Source: Methanobacteriota archaeon
GTDB taxonomy: Archaea > Methanobacteriota > Methanobacteria > Methanobacteriales > Methanobacteriaceae
Length of the DNA stretch: 64,000 nt
Assembly: GCA_963787255.1 (NCBI GenBank)
Contig: CAWBCJ010000025.1
Coordinates: 32,001-96,000, forward strand
Direction of reading: 5' to 3'
In this document: positions 33,236 through 43,393 of the stretch, in pieces
How the letters are laid out: every line of letters starts with the position of its first letter
Position numbering within the stretch: the first letter of the stretch is position 1
The notes under the pieces: model-generated
What the model saw: the letters and a program-made list of their open reading frames with translations, nothing else
Databases searched by the model: none
Told to the model about the DNA's origin: nothing
Made by a program: the position numbers and the translations under genes

Positions 33236-34393
33236 ATAAAAACAATAATGATGGCCGGCGGAAAAGGGACGCGATTAAGACCTTTAACTCTAATTAGGCC
33301 CAAACCAATGATTCCATTAGTTAATAAACCCATAATGGAATACACAGTAGATAGATTAAAAAAATTTGGATTTAACGACATAATAATGACTTTAAACTAT
33401 ATGTCAACCACTATAAAGAACTACTTTAAAGATGGTTCAAAATTTGGTGTAGACATAAGATATTCTGTAGAAAAATGGCCTCTTGGAACAGGGGGAAGTG
33501 TAAAAAAAGCAGAAAGGTATATTGACGATACATTTATGGTTGTAAGTGGTGACGTTCTTACTGACGTTGACTTTAAAGATGTTTTAAAGTTTCACAAAGA
33601 GAAAGGTGCTTTAGTAACAATGGTATTGACTGAAGTTGAAGATCCCTCTCATTTTGGAATTGCAGTAATGGATAAAGAAAATAAAATAACAGAATATTTA
33701 GAAAAGCCATCTCCTGAAGAAGCTTTTAGTAATGTGGCTAATACTGGAATTTATATCTTCGAGCCCGAAATATTCGATTTCTTCCCAGAAGATGAAGAAG
33801 AGGTAGACTTTTCCAAGGATATATTCCCTGAAGTTATAAAAAAAGATGCAGGAATATATGGCTATATTTTCAATGGCTACTGGAACGATGTTGGACGGCC
33901 AGAAACATTTATGAAAGCAACTTATGACATACTGGACCAGAAAATGGAACAGAATTTCTACAAGTCAAAAATAGAAGAAGGTGTAGGAAAAATAGGAAAT
34001 ATTTGGGTTGGAGAGAATGTTTTAATTGATAAAAAGGTAAGAATAGAAGGACCTGTGGTAATTGGAAATAACTGTACCATTGAAAAAGGATGTAAAATAT
34101 CAAAAGGAAGCGTTATAGGAAATAATGTTTCAATAGGAAAAGATGTAAAAATTGATGGGGCAGTAATTCTCTCTGACAGTATTATAGAAGATAACTCATT
34201 CCTAACTGGATGCATAGTAGATACTAAATGCATTATTGATAAAAACACTGTTTTAGAAAGTGGTGTTGTTGCTGGAAGCCTGGTAGAAATAGGTGAAAAT
34301 AGTATTATTAGATCATCAAGGTCAATAACAAATAACATGAAGATTTTGCCCCATTCAATAATTGATTCTGACTATGAAATGGAGGCAAAATAA
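33236..34393 (+). CDS. NDP-sugar pyrophosphorylase (mannose-1-phosphate guanylyltransferase-like) with hexapeptide C-terminus
   Basis: AGGKGTRLRPLT..PKP, PLGTGG, SGD, YWNDVG; left-handed beta-helix repeats. Start may be ATA 33236; first ATG is 33248. Confidence 0.9.
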   Translation: MKTIMMAGGKGTRLRPLTLIRPKPMIPLVNKPIMEYTVDRLKKFGFNDIIMTLNYMSTTIKNYFKDGSKFGVDIRYSVEKWPLGTGGSVKKAERYIDDTFMVVSGDVLTDVDFKDVLKFHKEKGALVTMVLTEVEDPSHFGIAVMDKENKITEYLEKPSPEEAFSNVANTGIYIFEPEIFDFFPEDEEEVDFSKDIFPEVIKKDAGIYGYIFNGYWNDVGRPETFMKATYDILDQKMEQNFYKSKIEEGVGKIGNIWVGENVLIDKKVRIEGPVVIGNNCTIEKGCKISKGSVIGNNVSIGKDVKIDGAVILSDSIIEDNSFLTGCIVDTKCIIDKNTVLESGVVAGSLVEIGENSIIRSSRSITNNMKILPHSIIDSDYEMEAK

Positions 34394-34504
34394 CTGAAAA
34401 ATTTATAAAATTAAAAAAAAATAATTCATTATATAAATCCATTTATTCTATTTTAAAATATAAATATTCAAAAAAATATTTCTTTTAACCGGAGGTAAAT
34501 TTAA

Positions 34505-35800
34505 GTGTCCTTATATATTCAAGAAATTCGTGGAGTTGTAAATTCTGAAATAACCAACGAATTTGCTTCAAATCTTGGTAACATCATAGGTAATTATATG
34601 GGGCATGGAAAGAAGGTAATAGTTGGAAGAGATGTCAACGATTCCTCTCAAATGATAAAACGATCCATTACCGCCGGAATACTCGCATCAGGAATTAACG
34701 TAGTTGATTTTGGAGTTGCACCAATACCCACAGTACATTATGGAGCAGATCTTTATAATGCAGACGTTATAGTTACCATAACAGCATCCCATCTTCAACC
34801 AGAAGAAATTGACATAAGAATATTTAGTAATCATGAAATACCACTTACACAGCAGCATGCAGAAAAAGTATCTCCTGACAAAATAGGTAAACTTTCTTAT
34901 GTCCATGATTATGTTGATAAATATTTAAATGCTGTTTTAAATCATACTGAAAAGGATTTAATAAGTACCATGTCTCCAAAAGTTGTCTTAGACTGCGTAA
35001 ACGGCACTGTTGTGCCATTTTTACCCGAAATTTTAAGCAGACTAGGATCAGAAGCAATTCTTTTTGGATGCCAGCCTACAAATATAAGCGCCCAAAAATT
35101 TGCAGAACCCACCCCTGAAAGTATTTCCATGGTTTCAAGCATTGTAAACGCTGTGGGTGCAGATATGGGAATTGCAATGGATAACGATGGTGATAGAGTT
35201 GTTTTCATCGACGAAAAAGGAAATACAATAAGGGATCAAACTATAATGGCATTACTTGCAAGGGAATATCTAATTGAAAACCCGGGAGGAACAATAGTTA
35301 CTTCTGTTACTGCATCAATGTCTCTTGATGAAATAGTAAAAGATCATGATGGTAAACTCATAAAAGTTCCTTTAGATAATATTCTTGAAGAAATAGTAAA
35401 AAATAAAGCAGTATTTGGAGGAGATGACTCTGGAATGTACGTATTTCCCGAGTTTCAAAAATGCTTCGATGCCATCTTTGCAGCAGTTAAACTGCTCGAA
35501 ATTGTATGTAAACGCAACACAACACTTTCAGCAATGGTAAATGATATACCAGAATATCCAAGAACAGTATTTTCTGTTAAAGTTGAACACGAAAATAAAA
35601 ATAAGATATTAAAAAATTTAAAGGATAATTTAGTTGAAAATGGTGAAATTGACACCACAGAAGGAATAAAAGTTCAAGAAGAAGATTCATTTATATTAGT
35701 AAGACCTTCCAGATTTGAACCACTGATGAGAGTCTATGTTGAGGCCAAGTCTTCTGGAAAGCTGCAAAAATTAAGTCATGACATAAAAAAGATGATATAA
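34505..35800 (+). CDS. Phosphohexomutase (PMM/PGM family)
   Basis: GRD, ITASH phospho-Ser loop, DNDGDR metal loop, LVRPS..EP..RVYVEA; RBS GGAGGT before GTG. Confidence 0.9.
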   Translation: MSLYIQEIRGVVNSEITNEFASNLGNIIGNYMGHGKKVIVGRDVNDSSQMIKRSITAGILASGINVVDFGVAPIPTVHYGADLYNADVIVTITASHLQPEEIDIRIFSNHEIPLTQQHAEKVSPDKIGKLSYVHDYVDKYLNAVLNHTEKDLISTMSPKVVLDCVNGTVVPFLPEILSRLGSEAILFGCQPTNISAQKFAEPTPESISMVSSIVNAVGADMGIAMDNDGDRVVFIDEKGNTIRDQTIMALLAREYLIENPGGTIVTSVTASMSLDEIVKDHDGKLIKVPLDNILEEIVKNKAVFGGDDSGMYVFPEFQKCFDAIFAAVKLLEIVCKRNTTLSAMVNDIPEYPRTVFSVKVEHENKNKILKNLKDNLVENGEIDTTEGIKVQEEDSFILVRPSRFEPLMRVYVEAKSSGKLQKLSHDIKKMI

Positions 35801-35960
35801 TACACATTTTTTTTAATACGCTCATCTCCTCGATATAGTTCGTTGATTTAATATTATTTTTAGAGCTTTATTTATCCATTTAATGCCATTAAATGATGTA
35901 ATTTGTAAGTAAAATTTCACAAAAACTAAAATACAACTTTTGACATAAAAAAGAGAAATT

Positions 35961-36642
35961 ATGAAAAATATAGAATCTATACCCGTAAAATCACCATTAA
36001 AAGGAGAGTGGATGGTCCTGAATAGCCCGGGCACTAAAGTTCCAAGTCATGGTACGGATTATCTTGCACAAACATATGCTTTCGATCTTTTACAGGTTGA
36101 TTGGATCCAGAAACCCTTTAAATTCTACAAAAAAAGCATTTTAGATTATTTTCTGGGTAAAGTACATTTAAGTGATTGTTACTGCTACGGAAAACCTATT
36201 TATGCACCGATTTCCGGTACTGTGGTAGAAGCTCTTGATGGATACCCGGAACGCGACCCCGTTCAACCTTTCCGCGATATTTCAGTTGCTTTTAAGAATG
36301 CATGGTTTTTTGATCCGCAAAAACACAGCATCCAAGAAGTTGCAGGCAATTTTATTATCATTTATGGGGATGAAACCTGTGCAGTTCTTGCACATATGAA
36401 AAAAGGTTCCATAAAAGTTAAAAAGAGGTGATGAAATTAATTCTGGAGATTTAATTGGCAATATTGGCCATTCTGGTAATTCCACAGCACCCCATCTTCA
36501 TTTTCACCTCATGGATAGTCCTGATCCTATTACTGCTAAAGGTATTCCCTGCTGTTTTAAAGAATATGAATTATATCTTAATGGCAACTGGATTAAAATA
36601 AAAAATGGAATACCAAAAAATAAGGATAGAATTCACTTTTAG
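35961..36642 (+). CDS. M23-family metallopeptidase; frameshift near 36425
   Basis: HGT....YAFD, YAPISGTVV, GNFIII, LAHMKKGS. The next frame reads GDEINSGDLIGNIGHSGNSTAPHLHF (HxH) to TAG at 36642. Confidence 0.85.
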
Positions 36643-36804
36643 AAAACAAGAATTAAACATCGTTGAATCTGAGTTAGTTAAGTTCTACAGTTTATTTTTA
36701 CACCCATAATGATTAATAATGGATGCCTGACAACTGCCACCAATAGAATTAACTCATTTTTTTAAATTCTTCCGCAGCTCAAAAATATTTTATTTTGAGC
36801 AGGG

Positions 36805-37079
36805 ACTTATATTAATAAGGAAGGTACCATGGTGACAGTATTTCAGGTTCATCCTGATTCAGAATCAGCTGAATTCCACATGAAAGTGGCAGGTCCTGTA
36901 TTCTCTAATTTTGTGGATTCATTAATATGTTAGGAATAGACATCTATGGTAAGCCAAGTAAAAGTTTGATGGAGCGATTGTTACTCAAGGCTAAAATGTT
37001 AGGGAGCAGGAATGTAACTGTGCATGAACTCCATTCAGGTTTTAATCGGTATATAATTTCAGAAAAAAGCATGGAGTAA
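36805..37079 (+). pseudogene. 5'-truncated, frameshifted remnant of a dimeric alpha/beta-barrel (ABM-like) protein gene
   Basis: EGTMVTVFQVHPDSESAEFHMKVAGPVF / MLGIDIYGKPS...KAKMLG..VTVHELHSGF; no N-terminal half or start found. Confidence 0.5.
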
Positions 37080-37194
37080 TATATAAAATCCGACAATATG
37101 TTTCATTATGAGTAAAAATCGACCTAGAATACGTAAATATACTCAATCATCATATACATAATTTCATGAATAGAATAGGGAAGGGATATTAAGA

Positions 37195-37317
37195 ATGAGG
37201 AAAAATAAGCATTCTGAAACTAGAATCTGTAAGATATGTTGGAAGGGTTTTCAATATTATGATGGAAATAATGGTTTATGTAAAGATTGTAAAAGAGAAA
37301 AAAGAGGATGTACATAA
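37195..37317 (+). CDS. 40-aa CxxC...CxxC zinc-finger microprotein (not in the ORF track)
   Basis: MRKNKHSETRICKICWKGFQYYDGNNGLCKDCKREKRGCT*; purine-rich GGGAAGGGA upstream. Confidence 0.55.
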   Translation: MRKNKHSETRICKICWKGFQYYDGNNGLCKDCKREKRGCT

Positions 37318-37562
37318 TGAATAGTATTATAATTTGGTAATTGTTTTATATTTAGTATTGTTATAATATATTGTAAATATTAATACAATATTATGGATAT
37401 TGTGGTTTCTAAAAGTATTCATTGAATGTACGGATTTGTACGTTTTGAGGGTTCTAAAGTTGTCATTTATTCTAAAAAAAATGTATTAATTTAAATATTT
37501 AAATAAGAAAATCAGTATTTAAAGCAATACTGATACCTTTAATCTGTATTTAAAATGGAAGC

Positions 37563-38966
37563 ATGCAGTTAGGAGGAAATTACCTGGTTTATAATAATAT
37601 GGGCAAAATTGTAGAAACTGAAAACATGAATTTATTTTCAACTTCTAAAACAGAGGAAAGAAACCAAAAATGGATTATTGTGGGATTTGATCCTGGATTG
37701 ACCGTAGGAATAGCAATTTTAGATCTATCCGGAAATGTTATTTCTACAAGGAGTTTTAAAGAAATCAGTAGATCAGAAATAATAAAACACATTATAGGTT
37801 ATGGAAAAGCTGTTTTAGTTGCTACAGATGTATATCCGCCTCCAAAAATGGTTAAGAAGCTTGCATCAACTCTTAATTCTAAAATATATTCTCCAACCAA
37901 GACTTTTACAGTTAGTTCAAAGACAGAACTTGTTGATAGTTATTTAAATGAATTATCTTCTGCGAAATTCCCGGATAATGCTCATGAAAGGGATGCACTG
38001 GCTGCAGCAGTTAAAACCTACAAGCATTATCAAAGAAAACTGAATCAAATTGAAAGGAGATCAGAAAAGATTGGTTTATCTCCTGAAGAGATTGATGAGG
38101 TTAAAAGTATTGTAATAAAGGGACGCCCAATTAGTAAGGCCATTGATGATGTTTTAAAAATTCCGGAAAGTTCAGATCTGGAAACTCAAATTGTGGAAAT
38201 AGAAAATGACATAGATTCTATTGATGAAGAAAAACTTAAAAGGATTGAAGAAGCTGCCAGGAAACTTAAACTGAAAATAAAATCCCAGCAAAACCAGATT
38301 AAATATTTAAACCGTAAAAATAAGCGCCTAAAAAAAGAAATAAATAAATACGAGGATAAAAATGATGCTCTTGAAAAGAGAATTGAAAAACTTCATTATG
38401 ATTACTCTAAGGATATTTTAAGTAAAAAAGAGTTATCGGCAAAGATTTCCATCATAAAGGGTCTTCATGAGAAATATAATGAAGAGAAAAAGCGTAGGGA
38501 AGAACTTGAGGAAAATCTGCGTTCAATAAAGAATGTTCGGGTACAGGAATTATCTAAAAAGGCGGTTCCTGTAAAAATTATAGAGTCATTTACTAAAGAG
38601 GGGATAAGGGCTGCTTGTGATTATTGGAAGATTAAAAAGGGAGATGTAGTTTTGTTATCCAGTTCTGAAGGTGGGGGTTCGCAAACAGCTTCACTGCTTA
38701 TTAAAACTGGAATAGGCGCTGTAATTGTTATGGATAAAATGTCCCATCCTGCAGAAGAAGAATTTGAAAAGAATAATGTTCCTGTGTTGGATGCAAGCAA
38801 AATTAACATGAAAATGATTGGAGAGTTTGCAGTGATTGATAGGGATATTTTAAAGGAAGAAATTGGGAATTGGAATGTTAAAATTAAGGAGAAGCAGAAA
38901 ATAGAAGAGGAAAGGAAGCTTCTTGAAGTTATAGATGAATATCGTGCTCAAAGAAAGAGGTCATAA
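37563..38966 (+). CDS. DUF460-family protein (RNase H-like N-terminus + coiled coil)
   Basis: IVGFDPGLTVGIAILD, VATDV, HERDALAAA, long coiled coil; exact start uncertain. Confidence 0.85.
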   Translation: MQLGGNYLVYNNMGKIVETENMNLFSTSKTEERNQKWIIVGFDPGLTVGIAILDLSGNVISTRSFKEISRSEIIKHIIGYGKAVLVATDVYPPPKMVKKLASTLNSKIYSPTKTFTVSSKTELVDSYLNELSSAKFPDNAHERDALAAAVKTYKHYQRKLNQIERRSEKIGLSPEEIDEVKSIVIKGRPISKAIDDVLKIPESSDLETQIVEIENDIDSIDEEKLKRIEEAARKLKLKIKSQQNQIKYLNRKNKRLKKEINKYEDKNDALEKRIEKLHYDYSKDILSKKELSAKISIIKGLHEKYNEEKKRREELEENLRSIKNVRVQELSKKAVPVKIIESFTKEGIRAACDYWKIKKGDVVLLSSSEGGGSQTASLLIKTGIGAVIVMDKMSHPAEEEFEKNNVPVLDASKINMKMIGEFAVIDRDILKEEIGNWNVKIKEKQKIEEERKLLEVIDEYRAQRKRS

Positions 38967-39040
38967 TGTATTAACTTAATTTTTCCCTAATTTTTTTTGG
39001 AATTAAGTTTATAAAGTTTGAAAATATTAAGTTTTATTAT

Positions 39041-40363
39041 ATGTTATCTGTAAAAATTGCGGTTATAATAGGGACAAGGCCAGAAATTATTAAGATGGCT
39101 CCTGTAATTGATGAAATGGAAAAAAGGAATGTTCAGTATATTTTAATTCACACTGGACAGCATTATGATCATGAAATGTCTGATCAGTTTTTCATTGATT
39201 TAGAATTAAGAAAACCGGATTATAATATTGGTGTTGGATCTGGATCTCATGGGGAACAAACAGCCATTATGATTAAAGGTATAGAAGAGGTTTTATTAAA
39301 TGAAAAGCCTGATTTAGTTCTTGTTCAAGGAGATACAAATGCAGTTCTTTCTGGAGCAATAGTGGCAAGCAAGCTCCATATTCCTGTAGGGCATGTTGAA
39401 GCTGGTTTAAGGTCATATGATAAATCAATGCCCGAAGAAATAAATCGGGAAGTTGCAGATGTCTGTTCACGAATATTTTTTGTTCCTACAGAAGAATCAG
39501 CTCTTAACCTGCTTTTTGCTGGTATAACTCCTAAAGATATATTTATAACTGGAAATACCATAGTAGATGCCTGCATGAGAAATCTTAAAATTGCTAAAAA
39601 GAAATCTGAAATACCATTTGAAATAAATGATGATACAATATTAACTCTTACCATGCATAGGGCTGAAAACGTTGATAATCCTATAAGGCTTCAAAATATT
39701 GTGGATGCATTAATGGAACTTGATGACGTTACTATAATATTCCCGACTCATCCTAGAACTCTTAAAAATCTTAAAAAATATAATTTATTTGAAAAGATGG
39801 AAAATGCGGGCCATATTAAAATGATAAAGCCTGTTGGTTATTTTGATTTCCTTCTTCTCCTTTCAAAATCCAAATTTATAATGACAGATTCTGGAGGGAT
39901 ACAGGAAGAAGCAATTACTTTAAATATTCCGTGTGCAACGCTTAGATATAATACTGAACGTCCAGAAACAGTTGAAGCTGGTGGGAATGTGCTTGTAGGT
40001 GCAGAAACGGGTAAAATAGTGGATACAGTTAGAGAAATTTTAGATAATCCTGGAATTTATTCTAAAATGAGTGAAGCAGAAAATCCATATGGAAAAGGGG
40101 ATTCCTCTAAAAGAATTTTGAATGCTATTTTAAATCTTTTTGAAGAGAATAAACTCCAGATTACTGTTCCTGAAGATATTATGAAAATAAGAAATCGGCA
40201 AATAGTTGAAATTAGTGAAAATATCACAGTTAATGAATTTGAAAAGGAAAATATTGGTTCACAAATTAGGATGGTTTTTGAAAATGGAGATGTCATGTTT
40301 CCATACAGTGATCTTAATTTAATGGACAAAATGATACTTTTGGATAGCTTAAAAATAACTTAA
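39041..40363 (+). CDS. wecB: UDP-N-acetylglucosamine 2-epimerase (non-hydrolysing)
   Basis: [48 protein letters not shown]. Confidence 0.95.
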   Translation: MLSVKIAVIIGTRPEIIKMAPVIDEMEKRNVQYILIHTGQHYDHEMSDQFFIDLELRKPDYNIGVGSGSHGEQTAIMIKGIEEVLLNEKPDLVLVQGDTNAVLSGAIVASKLHIPVGHVEAGLRSYDKSMPEEINREVADVCSRIFFVPTEESALNLLFAGITPKDIFITGNTIVDACMRNLKIAKKKSEIPFEINDDTILTLTMHRAENVDNPIRLQNIVDALMELDDVTIIFPTHPRTLKNLKKYNLFEKMENAGHIKMIKPVGYFDFLLLLSKSKFIMTDSGGIQEEAITLNIPCATLRYNTERPETVEAGGNVLVGAETGKIVDTVREILDNPGIYSKMSEAENPYGKGDSSKRILNAILNLFEENKLQITVPEDIMKIRNRQIVEISENITVNEFEKENIGSQIRMVFENGDVMFPYSDLNLMDKMILLDSLKIT

Positions 40364-40430
40364 GCCTATATTTAAAGCAACTCAAAAATGTATATAAAAA
40401 AAATAATTCTATTTTTTTGGGGTTTATATT

Positions 40431-41432
40431 ATGAGAATACTTATTCTTGAATATGCGTCGGCTTTAGGACTTGATGATCCAGCCATATGTACTGAAGGGT
40501 ATGCAATGCTCAAAGGACTTACAGAAGATTTTAAATCCAAAAATACGGATTATTTAATATCTAAAAGTTCGCATTTTAATACTAAATACTGTAATTCTGT
40601 TGAGCTTGAAGGAGACTTGATGGGCTGGTTAGATGCAAATATTGCCATTTATGACCTGTGTCTTTTAATTGCTCCTGAAGAAGATTTTGTTTTGTATAAA
40701 TTAACTGAATTAATTGAAAAGAAAGATGTTAAAGTAATTGGATCCAGTTCAGAAGCCGTTTTTGTGTGTACTGATAAATTTAAAACGTATGAAGCTTTAA
40801 AAGATAAGGTTAATATCATAGAAACTGAAAGGATATTTTTCGATAAAATAGATGAGTATAAACCATTTTTTAGTGGGAAAAAAGTTATTAAACCTGCAGA
40901 TGGTGTTTCTTGTTCTGGAATAAATATTGTGAATTCATTAGATGAATTAAAGAAAGCAGCAAGTTCAATGCAAACTGTTCTTCCCTATTTTATAGTTCAA
41001 GATTTTGTAGAGGGAACATCAGCAAGCATCAGCTTACTATGTGATGGTAAAGAAGCAATTCCATTGAGTTTAAATTTGCAAGATATACAATTTAATAGTA
41101 ATGAGATAAATTATAATGGTGGAGAAGTCCCATTTGACCATGAATTGTCCCTTGAAGCAAAAAAAGCTGCTAAAAAAGCAGTTGAATCAATAAATGGTCT
41201 TAAAGGTTATGTTGGTGTTGATGTTATTTTGGGAGATACAGCTTATATTGTAGAGATTAATTCTAGAGTAACAACTCCTTATGTGGTTTTAAGAGATATT
41301 CTTGATTTCAACCTAGGAGAAGCAATATTTGATTCTATTTATGGTATTTTTCCTTCAAAAATTAATTTAAATGGAAAATTTTCCTTTTACAAAGAAAATA
41401 ATATTCTTAAAATGCATAAGTTAAAAGATTAA
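40431..41432 (+). CDS. mfnD: ATP-grasp ligase, tyramine--L-glutamate ligase-like (methanofuran biosynthesis)
   Basis: EGYAML, IAPE, KPADGVSC, GYVGVD, VEINSRVTT; adjacent to an mfnF-like gene. Confidence 0.75.
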   Translation: MRILILEYASALGLDDPAICTEGYAMLKGLTEDFKSKNTDYLISKSSHFNTKYCNSVELEGDLMGWLDANIAIYDLCLLIAPEEDFVLYKLTELIEKKDVKVIGSSSEAVFVCTDKFKTYEALKDKVNIIETERIFFDKIDEYKPFFSGKKVIKPADGVSCSGINIVNSLDELKKAASSMQTVLPYFIVQDFVEGTSASISLLCDGKEAIPLSLNLQDIQFNSNEINYNGGEVPFDHELSLEAKKAAKKAVESINGLKGYVGVDVILGDTAYIVEINSRVTTPYVVLRDILDFNLGEAIFDSIYGIFPSKINLNGKFSFYKENNILKMHKLKD

Positions 41433-41447
41433 TTAAAGAGCAACAGC

Positions 41448-42489
41448 GTGATTATTGTGAAAATAGCAGGATTTGACATAGGCGGTGCAAACACAGACCT
41501 TGCAGTGGTTAAATTTAACGATGAAGGAGAAATCTGCAGTATAAAAACAGATTTTTTATATTTTCCAATGTGGTTAAAAAAAGATGAACTGGGAAAAGCT
41601 CTTTTAGAGTTAGTCAAAAATGAAATAGAGGATATTGATGCTGTGGGAATATGCATGACTGCAGAACTGGTGGATGCATATAAAACTAAAAATGAAGGAG
41701 TAATAGACATTGCTACAAAGTCCCTGGAAGTATTTAGTGTCCCTGTAGGTTTCATTGGGCTTAATGGAGTTTTAAAATTTGATGATGTAGTTAAAAACCC
41801 TGATCAATTTGCAGCTGCAAACTGGATTGCCACTTCAAAAATAGCTGCTAAAATAGATCCTAACTGTATAATGATAGATACTGGAAGCACAACTACTGAT
41901 ATAATACCTATAAAAGAAGGATCAGAATGTGCCAGGGGTAAATCAGATCTTAGAAAGATTAAAAACAGGAGAACTAGTATATAGTGGGACTTTAAGGACT
42001 AATATTGCTGCATTAGTGGATAAAGTGCCTTTAAATGGTGAATTTGTAAGAGTATCTTCTGAACTTTTTGCAATCACTGCAGACGTCCAAATGGTACTTG
42101 GAAACATAAAAAAGGATGATTATTCATGTGATACACCAGATGGTGCAGGAAAATCTAAATTGGACTGTATGAGGCGACTATCAAGAATAATATGTGGAGA
42201 TCTTAACATGTTAAGTGAATCTGACATAGATGAGATGGCGATGTATATCTACAAAAAACAAGTTGAAAAGGTAGCTTCAGCGCTTCTTGAAGTTTCTAAA
42301 AGGGAAAATCTGGATTTAGTAGTGACAACTGGGCTTGGAATGGACATTATAGGTGCTAAAGCTGCAGAATTTGCAAAACTTGATTCAAAATGTATGAATA
42401 AAATCCTTAAAAAAGATGAATGTGTTGTTGCGCCTGCAGTTGGTACCGCACTTATGATGAGAGAGTTTATTGAAAACAAAAGTAAATAA
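41448..42489 (+). CDS. mfnF: Hydantoinase/oxoprolinase-like MfnF (methanofuran biosynthesis); frameshift near 41952
   Basis: [33 protein letters not shown]; second part [30 protein letters not shown]. Confidence 0.8.
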
Positions 42490-42620
42490 GTAATGTGGGA
42501 ATTCATTTTTTTTTATAGATTATATTTAAATATAAACAGATTGTATATAAGAACTTTAAAACATTAGACCAAACTTTTTCAAAAAAAATATGGATGAAAA
42601 TATAATTTCAAGTTGATTCA

Positions 42621-43295
42621 ATGAAATCTTACATCAAAATACTATTACTACTGGTAATACTAGTGGCAGGATTATTTTTTGTATATAATTCTGCGGATCA
42701 TTCGATCATAGGCTCTAATAGCAATGGATTTGTAACTAAAGATGTTTATTCTCATTATGGTTCGCATGAATCTAAAATAGCTGTTATAACAGGCATGCAC
42801 CCTCGTGAAGATCTTTCTAAAACTACAGTACCATCTGTTATAAAATTCTACGCATTAACACATAACCTGGAGATTGTAAATTACCATGTAACTGTTACTA
42901 ACAATCCTGATGCCTTTACTGAAAGTCGTAATAACGGTGAAGGTCTTGTTGCTCAATACATCATTCCGGACATCAAAAAATCAGATTATAAGCTGGTTAT
43001 CATCTGTCATGACCATGAACAAGGATATGGAGACGGATATTACATTGCAACACCAAGTATGGATGTTAAATCTGTAACACTAGCTGAAGCAGTTCATTCA
43101 CTTATACCAGCATTCAATTATTATAAAAGAGATACTGAAAAAAGAGCACATAGTTCTTCTATTGTTAAAGTGGACAATCCTATAACAGAATCAGGAACAC
43201 CGGTATTTGTATATGAAATGCCGGAATGGAATGGAAATATTGAAGCGTTTTTGAATTCTTACAGGTTAATTGATTCATCATCTAAGGTTCTTTGA
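42621..43295 (+). CDS. Secreted or membrane-anchored hypothetical protein with an HxxE motif (M14-like fold suspected)
   Basis: N-terminal hydrophobic anchor; IAVITGMHPRE; IICHDH; VYEMP. Paralog of the next gene. Confidence 0.75.
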   Translation: MKSYIKILLLLVILVAGLFFVYNSADHSIIGSNSNGFVTKDVYSHYGSHESKIAVITGMHPREDLSKTTVPSVIKFYALTHNLEIVNYHVTVTNNPDAFTESRNNGEGLVAQYIIPDIKKSDYKLVIICHDHEQGYGDGYYIATPSMDVKSVTLAEAVHSLIPAFNYYKRDTEKRAHSSSIVKVDNPITESGTPVFVYEMPEWNGNIEAFLNSYRLIDSSSKVL

Positions 43296-43393
43296 GTTAT
43301 TAATTACTAATTTTTTATTATTTTTTAAAAATTTTTCATAAAAGTATTTATATTTCCAAATCAAATCATTTTAAGATTTGAGGGAAAAATTAT

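Noticed and set aside
2856-42000. Programmed ribosomal frameshifting or stop-codon recoding (for example TGA at 10854 and 36429) to explain the split genes
   Set aside because: The breaks need frame changes, lack a common slippery motif or SECIS-like hairpin, and hit unrelated genes; sequencing error is simpler.
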